This document shows positions 39,497-49,800 of a DNA stretch of 64,000 nucleotides, piece after piece (positions within the stretch are counted from its first letter, which is position 1; every line of letters starts with the position of its first letter). The translations under genes were made by a program, and so were the position numbers. Origin of the DNA: Macrostomum lignano (taxonomy: Eukaryota); NCBI GenBank assembly GCA_002269645.1, contig NIVC01000461.1, positions 496,001-560,000 on the forward strand, given 5' to 3'. The notes under the pieces are model-generated. The model was not told the origin of the DNA, ran no database searches, and saw only the letters and a program-made list of their open reading frames with translations.

Positions 39497-39776
39497 CCCT
39501 GATTGCAGCGCATGGGCATTTTGGCGGACGGCGTCTGGCGCGATTCTAATACGGCGCGGCGCGGCGCGTACGGCGCGCGGCGATTAGTACGGCGCGGCAC
39601 GGTACTAATTAGATGCCGAGGCATTTAGCCTTGATAAGACAGTCATAGTTACTCCTGCCGTTTATCTAAAACTGCGTTAATTTTGCTTTAGGGTTTCTTT
39701 CACAGGTAAGTCATTTCACAGCGTGGCGCAGGTTGTGTAGGCGTCTGGCGTACTTAAGCCATGCGCTGCAATAGGG
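39497..39776. mobile_element. ~280-bp MITE, TIR ~CCCT(G)ATTGCAGCGCATGG, 7-9-bp TSD GCTATGG(CC), carrying a 28S rRNA-like insert
   Basis: ATTGCAGCGCATGG at ~39502 and its reverse complement at ~39759-39772. Direct repeat GCTATGGCC at 39490-39498 and 39777-39785. The exact boundary is ambiguous by 1-2 nt. Confidence 0.85.
39604..39664 (-). other. 28S rRNA-derived fragment (helix 69-71 region), not a functional rRNA gene
   Basis: The minus strand reads TAAACGGCAGGAGTAACTATGACTGTCTTATCAAGGCTAAATGCCTCGGCATCTAATTAGT. It matches 52/61 ungapped to the conserved eukaryotic 28S segment (hand count). Confidence 0.9.
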
Positions 39777-40674
39777 GCTATGGCCAAGAAATTGAGTGGT
39801 AGCTGATAAAAATGTTTGCTGCTCTAAACATAGTTGCAAACTGAGGCTAAAAACCCTGGGAACATTTAGGCCATAGACATAACTTGGTGAAATCACTAAA
39901 ATTCTGTTTACAATGCTTTCTAAAAATAAATGCCAAAGGACCAAAAAGAACTATTTGAATACACCTCATATATATCACTTTTAGTTTATGATCACCTAAA
40001 CATATATTGCCTATTGAAATAATTGTGAACTAAAGCTGGCTATAAAAAAGTGCCAAATATAACAAATAGTCACCATATGCAGAAAACTGCTGCTCATTCT
40101 AGATCAAAGGCATCAAAATCCCCCTTTACCTTTGCATCCCCCTTACCTTTGCACCCTCTCTCCTTTGGTTTATGATTACTTCCACATATGCAATCTGCTA
40201 AAATGATCGCAGTCCAAAGCTGGCAATATTACCTTTACCCTAAGTGCATGTGCATTACATATAATATTAATTTTAACCCAGTTTCAGTTCAGTTTCAGTT
40301 TCTATTTGCATTACACATTCAAATGATCATATACCAAAGCTGATATATAAGCATCATCCAATAAACTGCACTTTCAACTTTGTGTATTTTAAGTTTTACT
40401 AGTATTTTTTCAAATGGAAAATTATTGATTTTTGCATTTTTTCAAAGAGTTATAGTACAAAACCAAGCAAACCTTTTTAATAAGATTTGTTCCACAGCAC
40501 AGTGCAATCAAACTTTTTTGATAAGATTCATTCTGGTATAGGCATGCCATGATCCTGACTATAGGGCTACAGCTATAATTATAAGTACTATAATATATAA
40601 AACTAGTATTTATTTTATTTACTGTGCAAATAACAAGTACTAGTATTTTAGGATCTTTATTTATTTGTCTTCTA

Positions 40675-41502
40675 CGAGAGGTGTCCCAAAAGTTCCCGGA
40701 ATGTCTAACGTAGCTCTTCAACAGAGCCATGAAATTTCACGCCCATGGTGTCAAATGAAAAGAAATTTTGTCACAAAGAATACAAAGTTAAAATCATGTT
40801 GATATCTTTTTTTATTCAAGAGCTACAGCAAGAAACGTGCGCAAAGGTCATGGGTAGTGTTACACAACCTCAACAATCTATGGCAATAATTTTTTCATCT
40901 CCATTTTTGGAGTTTTTCATTTTGAATTCGTGCTACTGACGTGTTAGAAAGACGTGGTAGTGTCTATGGAAAAAAGCAGAAATGCTCATAAAGCTAATCT
41001 GAGCTTTTGCGCGAGTGCAGATAATTCGTACCAAGCGCTTGCTTTCAACTTGAAATTTCTTTGCGAAAATGAGTTCTCTTCAGAGCCTTGAAAGTCAGCA
41101 AAGTCAAGTTTTTGCCCTTTGGTCAGTAGGATGGAATAGAGCCAAGATTTCTAACCACTTATTCTCCATCCACGGTGAGAACAGCCTGAAAAAACTGCAA
41201 TTTACGGATGGATTGAACGCTTTAGAGTTGGCCAGTCTGCTGTGAATGAATTCAAAATGAAAAACTCCAAAAATGGAGATGAAAAAATTATTGCCATAGA
41301 TTGTTGAGGTTGTGTAACACTACCCCTGACCTTTGCGCAAGTTTCTTGCTGTAGCTCTTGAATAAAAAAAGATATCAACATGATTTTAACTTTGTATTCT
41401 TTGTGACAAAATTTCCTTTCATTTGACACCATGGGCGTGAAATTTCATGGCTCTGTTGAAGAGTTACGTTAGACATTCCGGGAACTTTTGGGACACCCCT
41501 CG
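40675..41502. mobile_element. 828-bp mariner-derived non-autonomous element with 255-bp TIRs and TA TSD
   Basis: 40675-40929 is the near reverse complement of 41248-41502, with TA at both flanks. The interior encodes a frameshifted mariner HTH remnant (TAIYGWIERFRVGQSAVN). Confidence 0.9.
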
Positions 41503-43344
41503 TAGTTATTTTAGACTAGGGGTTCAATAATATTTAATTTTCAAGATTTTTGAGATTTGCTTTTTTGTCAATACAACATAAGATTCAAGTGCTACCAAAT
41601 TTTTCAATGTCTAATTTGTCAACTATTTTGATGAGTTTGGTTTACCTTACCATGTACTATTGACAAGTTTAGTTACTTAACAATAAGTTCACTATTGTCA
41701 TTGACTAATATATTTACTTTACACTAAAAATTGAAGGACAAAGCCTATTGAGAAGATACATATAGGATAACAAAGAATGGTTTTATTTGATATTAATTTT
41801 TTATAAGCTGTTAATACCCGCAGATTTTAAAGTCATTGAATTCTAATAATAAATCCCAGGAACTATTTTTGCACGCATTTTAAAATCTAAAATCCAAAAC
41901 CAAGTTAATGGTTGAGATAAGCAAAACTTGGGATTAAATTTGTTTAAAAGGTTTGTTTGTTTAATTTAAATATTTATTCTAGTACTTATTTAAATAATGA
42001 AAGAAAAACTAAACTTATAAATTATAGTTAGTTTTTAATTATAATAATTAATTATTGTATAATTTCTTTATGTATACTAGTGGCTATGCAATATAGTCTT
42101 AGCAACAATGCAATTTATACTAAGAGGTTTTTTGTTCATATGGTAAAGTGTGTATATGTACCCAAAATTTGAAATTGCACCTTGAAATTGATAACAGAGT
42201 GCAATTTAATTGTGATATTATTACCTATTTTGATAAGTAATAAAACTACTTAACTTTGACATGTTAGCTGGACTAAGTTAAGAGTCTTCAACCTTCTACA
42301 GAGAGTAGGCTGCATTAATAACTGGCTTGGGGTCTGCAGGCTACATGCTCCCCCCTCCCTCCCAACCCTTTTAACCCCCAACCCACACCTTTGCCTTGAA
42401 TCTTACTGATATTAGCTAGCATTCTTTCTTACTTTCATTTCTACTCTTGACTGCATGTATATTTGTATACTAGGAGTAGTTAAAATAGTAATCCAAATGA
42501 TTTTTAGGGCTGCATAAAATTTTTGAAGGCAACAATAAAACATACATGCCTAACACCTGTCCAACCTGTCTAAACTAGATAGTTGAAATAGCTGCCAGCC
42601 AAGATAAGTTGCAAAATTGAAAATGCTAAAAAAATGAAAAATTGGGTGAAGAAAGAAAGGAAAAGAAAGAAGGGAGTAGAGAGAAAAAGAAAGAGGACAA
42701 ATAAAGAAAAAAAGAGAAAAAGGCAAGAAAAGTCATATACAAAGTGAAAATTAAGTCCCAATCGGAGAAATTAAGTTGCAATTGAGAGGAACTAAGTTGC
42801 AAATCTGGACAAAACTAAGTTGTACTGGATAGGTGAAATTTTAAGGTTGGGCATATATGCAGTGAAATCTGGTGATAGAAGGTACATAGTCAAGTTTAGT
42901 TATATAGTCTTGGTAGGCCACATGTAATGCAAACTACTAAAAGTTGCCACAAGCTAAAAAAGGGCTTGCAGGCCAAAGGTTGGGGCCCCTAGACTAAATA
43001 CTATCATTATAACTGATCCCATAGCTAAAGAAAAAATTGTTTTTGATTCTTAAGCTAAAGAAAATTTGCTTCAAAAGCTCACTTAAGTAGAAGATATAAT
43101 GTCTATGCTAACAACTAAAATCAATTAAAGAGCAAGTTCCATGTGCAGAAAAAACAGTTACAATTTTTTATTGTCTTTCATACAGAAAGGCTATCAAACT
43201 TTTCAAATTAATAATTTTGAATTTGACAAAAACTGCTTAAAGCTTTTTGGGTATCATAATAAATATAAAGTAAAGAGAATTATTGTTTTATTATTATTTA
43301 TTTTTATTTTATATATAATATAATTAGATATATAATATATAGTG

Positions 43345-43600
43345 GATTCTTAACCCAGTCGGAACAATTTGTGTCCTTGAGCAAGACACTTAATACTGCA
43401 TTGTTTCAGTTCACCCAGCTGTAAAATGGGTGCCAGCATTAGCTGGGGTAATTGAGAGTGTGTGTGGCAACCCCAGTCCTTGGACTGAACAGCCATAAGC
43501 AGCCTTAGATGTGCCACGCAATAGTTGTGGCTGACCTATTGGTTGCACATGTGCCCATGTGCCCATTGAAGTTGGTTACATTTGGATTAAACATTGTCTA
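43345..43600 (+). mobile_element. SINE remnant with a CORE-like central domain
   Basis: TGTGTCCTTGAGCAAGACACTTAA...CAGTTCACCCAGCTGTAAAATGGG resembles the CORE-SINE consensus (recalled, not searched). Confidence 0.65.
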
Positions 43601-43830
43601 CAAATATAGCTAATACCCCAATGAGGTCTCTGAAGCCATTTTTAGATATTTTTATACCAAACTTAGGTACATCATTTTTTATGGAAACTACCTGGTATAT
43701 AATGCTAGCCAGCTAATATTATATTATGCAAGCAATTAATAAATTTATCTTTATCAAGAAGTCTATCTTAAAGGTGTAAAGAATTTCAGTAGCTAAAAAT
43801 TCAGTTTCAGTTTTAATGATTATTTTTCAG

Positions 43831-46800
43831 GGAGACCCTGAGTCATTGATCATCACACCGCAGAGCTTTGCAGCACTGCTAGGTGGCAGCTTTCAGGTGA
43901 GAATTTGTATATTTATTTAGAGAACTATGGATTAATAAACAGAATTTATCTAATAAAAATGGATCCAAAAGTAATTTCTTATTTGCATTCAGTCTAGAGA
44001 GACTTTTATAAAGCAAAAAATGAACTTAGGTCCTAGTTTGGTCAGGTTATTTTTCTGTACCAACAGCAGTGAATTCAACTTTATCAATTAAATTTAGCTG
44101 CTGCTGATCGACTGCCGCTCGTTCCTTGAGTTCAACACCAGCTGCATACGCGGCGCTATCAATGTGTGCTGTTCGCGGCTTGTTAGGAAACGTCTGCAAC
44201 AGGGCAAGGTGAGGAGTAACCTGTGTTGTGTAATAATTGGCAAATATATTGTTAAAAATTGATTTATGGAGTCGGCCACTTGTGTGATCAACGAGTGTCC
44301 AGTGAGACATAACGGTAGAAATTAAAATAAAAGCCACAGACTCTATATTATCTATATGTGTCACTCGCAGCATTCTCCCAGCACTCCCCCACAGACACTC
44401 CCCCACAGGCCACAGACACTGGGTGCTGCTAATGCTTGAGAGCAGCAAAATCTTTACTCTATGGTCCTAACCCATAGAGTGACATTATTCTGAGATAAAG
44501 CCTGCATGAGCTGTCATAGTCTATGGGCCAAAAGTACGAGCTAGATGCCCGAAATCTGCTTTGAGCTGCTTTGGCATTTTATATTTAGATAATTCTCTTG
44601 GTTGAACAGTTGCCTATCCAGGACGTCAAGGTTGAGGCTGATCTCTCCCGTGGGAAAAAATAAATCTTTGTGCTCAATCGTCAATTGGATATTTTTCATT
44701 TTACGAGGGAGAGAGAAGCTTCTCAAGCCAGATTCAATATTTTCTACCGCCGCTACGCGCCACCATTTGATGCGGATAGTGTTACGCCCGCCTGCTTGTC
44801 ATAGAGAGGGAGGTTGGGAGGTTTCGGTTGGTAGCAAATAATAAGTGATAAAATCGTATATCCGATCTGATTAAACTAAATCTCCGCTAAGGTCTCCTAC
44901 CCTCCCTCATAGTATGCGTCACCCAACATTGCGGTTTGGCGTAGCGCCTCCCCCCACCCTCCAAGATCAAGGCCAATAATGCCGACCGTGTGCAAAATGA
45001 CGTCAGCGTGTGTTGCAGTCGTGCGCGTAAATGTTAGCTATAAAATATATTTAATCGTATAGTCCTATGCCTGTTAGCATAAGCTGTTATATACATGTGT
45101 GTGATTCGCTTGTTATAGCAACCTTTAACAGCTACTTGTTATCCAGCGCAGTCTGTGTTCTGACTATTCTGACTCATTCTGCATAGAGTGCACGCATTAA
45201 GCGAGGCTCTTTCAAGGTCAAAAACGCTTTTTTTAACTAACCCCATTTAACCAAGTAAATTTCTGATAGGAGCATTTTCAACTGGGTTGATCAATGATTC
45301 ATTGTTCATTATGAGCATTTCCAACTGGGATGATCATCTCTCATTATGAGCATTTTCAACTAGGTGATCAATGCTCATTATGAACATTTTCAACTATGTG
45401 ATCAATGTTTATTATGAGCATTTTCAACTATGTAATCAATGTTTATTATGAGCATTTTCAACTATGTGATCAATGTTTATTATGAGCATTTTCAACTAGG
45501 TGATCAATGCTCATTATGAGCATTTTCAACTAGGTGATCAATGCTCATTATGAGCATTTCAATTGGGATGATCATTGATTCATTGTTCATTATGAGCATT
45601 TTCAACTAGGTGATCAATGCTCATTATGAGCATTTCAATTGGGATGATCATTGATTCATTGTTCATTATGAGCATTTTCAACTAGGTGATCAATGCTCAT
45701 TATGAGCATTTCAATTGGGATGATCATTGATTCATTGTTCATTATGAGCATTTTCAACTAGGTGATCAATGCTCATTATGAGCATTTCAATTGGGATGAT
45801 CATTGATTCATTGTTCATTATGAGCATTTTCAACTGGGATGATCATTTCTTTTTATGAGCATTTTCAATCGGGATGATCATTGCTCATTATGAGCATTTT
45901 CAACTGCGATGATCATTGCTCATTATGAGCATTTTCAAATTGGATGATCATTGCTCATTATGGGCATTTTAAATTGGGATGGTCATTGCTCATTATGGGC
46001 ATTTTCAACTGGGATGATCATTGCTCATTATGGTGATAAGGGGCTCTTAATTGGAATGACTATTACTAGTATCGGGATTTTTAGCAGGATGGCCATTGCT
46101 CGTATTGGGATTTCTAAAGATGACTACTTCTCATATTGGGATTTTTGATGGGGATTTCGAGATCAAATCTGCTCAGTTCCTCGGAATGCTCAGCTCATAC
46201 GCAGATTTTCGTGGAGGCTGGTGGGTTGGGAGATTTTCGCCGGATTAGAGGCATCTGTTGCTATTAGCTAGTCCCGAGGGATGTTCTGTAAATTTTTTCC
46301 GGCTTATTTGCTATTCATATCTTCACTTACTTATCTGTGTGTATAACAAAAATCATCTATCCTTTTATTAATGCATTCTCAAATATTGATTGCGCAACCA
46401 ATATTTGCATGTTTCTGAGTAACTGATTTTACATGTATAATACTGTTACAGAAGGGCAGGCTGTTTGTGCGTGTATAGAATGTGTCATTGAGCTTGCTAT
46501 GTTAGATTAGCTACTTAATAATAGTGAGCTGTAGTGGCTTAGGTAAGCCTGGACAATTGAGAATTGTGTGAGAACTATAAACGATTACTCACACTTAAGC
46601 TAAACTGCAGAGACCGAACATTCGTGCGTGTGAATAATTTCACGTTTACCTTGCGGGTACGCGGCTGGCTGGCCATACACCCTAGATCCATTGATTTTCC
46701 CCATTACTGTAGAGTATCCATATTGAGTTTATAGTTGTTTTTTGTAGAGTAGTGAATCCCGGATGGCTTGTGTGACACACATGATTGACAAACTTGTCCG

Positions 46801-49800
46801 ATATGGGTAAGGCGTTAGTTTCTGTTTATTTACTCTGCGTAAATTAATGAAATATGATGGTTAGATATGGTATTTGCGTTCTATAGGGGCCGTAGTCTAG
46901 TGTTTTAGTGCCTAGTGCCCAGGCTCGATTCCAGGTGTAGTTGCATTAATTTGGGGCTAAATCGGAATCTCAGCTTGGCTCTGTTTGTGCAATTAACGCC
47001 ATTGAGGGCCAACCCCCACAAGGCACAGTGAAGTGTACATGCCTAACCATAAATAAAAGTTAGGGCCGCTGTACAGATCCTGTGTGAGTGTGTGCCTGTG
47101 CGGATGACTGCTCAGGGGAGTCGACGGAATGGGCAATAATGCCTCTCGCAGGTATGTATGTGACAGTGACAATGTCGATTATTAAAGTGCACCAGGGTGC
47201 ATGTAGCTCCCTGTCTTTAATAAAGAAATAACGTCTTATACTACTGAAATATAAGTAGAAATAAGAGATAGATTCCGTATTATGAAATGAAATTTATGAA
47301 GAACGCTGGCTCATACAGGGAAGTGAAGAAATTTCAGTGCAATGTGTTTTTGTTTACTTCACTTAACATCTAAAAATAGTAGTTTGTAAAGTGTCAAATG
47401 GAGCTTACTTCGCGTTAGTCTGCTTGCCCGCGACAACTGAAAATAAGAATACGCGAAATCGATAGCCCCTATAGCAGGCAAGGTGCGTGTTTACCTTACC
47501 TTATTGTACCTGCGCTGTGCACCTGACTGACTGACTCATCGGCCCGCACTGCTATAGCCTCGATAGCCTGCTTATTGCTAGAAATACTTCAACTTAGATT
47601 TCCTGTTTGCGTCTCCTGCTGCCAAATATAGATAGAATTATTGTTTTAAGTAAGCTTAAGTAAAATCCCGAGGGCAACGCGTGTTGATTAACCGTTTTTT
47701 TAATTATTATGGTGCCTGTGATTATCAAAACTGTTAATTAGATTTAACCATCTTTATTTTAATAGAAATTTCTCGAATACAGAGTGTTCGGCCCGTTAAT
47801 AATTTGTTGTCTCAAGGCTAGTTCAAGTTTCCAATTGAATTTTATTTAGTAAAAGAAGCGACCATGAAATCTGGGAAGTCTACGAAAAAATGCCAAAATT
47901 GCTAGAGTTATGCTTTCGCTCTACTATAAGTAGCGTTTATTTTTAAGCGATTGATTAGTAAGATATTTAAATTCAGTTTTATTGACTGCATTTAGCTGCG
48001 CAATCCAATGCGTGACCTGTCGCGCCCTCATTTTTTACCCAATTCACTTCAAGCAGCTTCTCCTCCCTCGGGCCGGACAATTACGTAATTGAGGGGAGTG
48101 GGCGAGCGTGTGTTTTTCTTTCTTACTTCTCTCCTCTCCTCACTCACTCCGCGCATCATCGTCACTTTGTGGCGGTGACTAATGCTTAATGCTGGGCTTG
48201 GGCCGCGGTTTTGCCTCGATTGACCTCCCTTTTCTTCTCTTTTTTTTCTAACCCGCAAATCTTCCTGTTTCCCTTGGGAGACTTCTGGTAAGCATAAGTC
48301 CTGGCATATCGAGTCACAGTGCGTATGCGCCAACTATATGGGGCATATATAATGTTTTTCTCTCAATTTTTCTGTTTTATAGGCTCTCCAATCCTTATTC
48401 CCTTGAGCGGTTTCTTAAATCTTTGTCTACCTGGCTTTAGCATCCCTCCCCCGAGCTCTTGCGTTGCATAATAATAATCCCACTAACGGATGCTGGGCTA
48501 TTGGGATTTGAGAATCCGGTGCTCAGGCAGTTGAATTTTACAGTTTAAAAACTGTTTGTTGGTACGCGTTGCCACTGCACGGCCGTTGTCAGCGCTTGTA
48601 TAATAATAATAATATTAATAGTTGTGTGTAAAGAGTGAGTCAACGTATTTATTGCTTGGGCGTATGGCATTGGGAAATGGGAAAGGAAAGAAAATGAAAG
48701 GGATGAGGGAGAGACATGGGAGGAAGAGAGAGAGAGAGGGGGCGTTCTGGGTTGTGACCTTAGCTGGCAGTGCTTCAGCTGGGGAATGGCTTTGCATTAT
48801 AGTCACTTTGGTGGTTAAAGTGGCTGCTGATTCGTGTCACCAATTCTAATTGAATTGAACCGGGAGCGTTGGCTAAACAGAAGACTGTACGATCTTTTAG
48901 ATTGCCTGATTCCCAGTCTGGGAGGATGAGTGACCTTGTGTAGGCTTACTAGTAATAACCGTTAGGAATGACGATTGACCTGCTAGGGGATTTAGGGAGG
49001 GCGAGTGACTTACACACACTACGAGTACCAGTTAGAAAGGCCGAGTGACCTAGACCTACTAGGAGTCCCAGTTAGAGGCTGAGTGACCTAGAGCCATTGA
49101 GTGTGCCATCTAGAGAGGCCGAATGACCTAGACCCTCTGAGAGTGCCAACTAGAGAGGCTGAATAACCTAGACCCACTGAGAGTGCAATTTAGAGAGGCC
49201 GAGTGACATAGACCCACTGAGAGTGCCAATTAGAGAGGCTGAATGACCTAGACCCACTGAGAGTGCCAATTAGAGAGGCTGAATGACCTAGACCCACTGA
49301 GAGTGCAATTTAGAGAGGCCAAGTGACCTAGACCTACTGAGAGTGCCATCTAGAGAGGCCGAGTGACATAGACCCACTGAGAGTAACAATTAGAGAGGCC
49401 GAGTGACCTAGACCCACTGAGAGTAACAATTAGAGAGGCCGAGTGACCTAGACCCACTGAGAGTAACAATTAGAGAGGCCGAGTGACCTAGACCCACTGA
49501 GAGTAACAATTAGAGAGGCCGAATGACTTAGACCCACCCAGTGAGAGTGCCAATTAGAGAGGCCGAGTGACCTAGAGCCACTTAGAGTGCCAGTACTCCA
49601 ATTGCAATGAATAATCGCTAAACTTTGAAAATATTCCGCAGCTGTCAATCGACGATCTGATCGCCTCGGGCAGTCTTGGCGGCGCTCGAACGCCTCCGTC
49701 GCCGAAGTCGCCGCCAGCTGGGGAAGCCTCCGCATCGGGAAGCGCCGAGAGTTTGGGTGTGCAGGCCGCCAAGGGCCCCGAGCCCGACCTGGTTGTTGTG

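Larger units (their letters stand above)
38342..39968 (-). mobile_element. Full-length decayed mariner transposon (transposase pseudogene) with a nested MITE
   Basis: TIRs CAAGGTGTATTCAAAAAGTTCTTTT / AAAAGAACTATTTGAATACACCTCA, flanked by TA. Minus-strand fragments contain an HTH (FRKWYRLFAEGRESVGDNDRSGR), WVPHLL, a DNA-binding/catalytic stretch and HPPYLPDLLPCNFFLF (YSPDL motif), interrupted by stops and frameshifts. Confidence 0.93.

Noticed and set aside
19927-39664. 28S-like segments as real rRNA genes or snoRNA guides
   Set aside because: Only ~61 nt long, embedded in MITEs, with no flanking rDNA. They are far longer than a box C/D antisense element, and I found no C/D or H/ACA architecture.
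44047-44726. Minus-strand ORFs initially resembling a Penelope reverse transcriptase remnant
   Set aside because: 44047-44448 is antisense to a genuine DUSP exon (44098-44208), and no YVDD-type motif is present.
47120-47150. Possible myristoylated alternative first exon ATG GGC AAT AAT GCC TCT CGC AG|GTATGT
   Set aside because: The phase-2 donor does not match the downstream DUSP acceptors (phase 0 at 49642, phase 1 at 53498), and it adjoins a SINE-like sequence.
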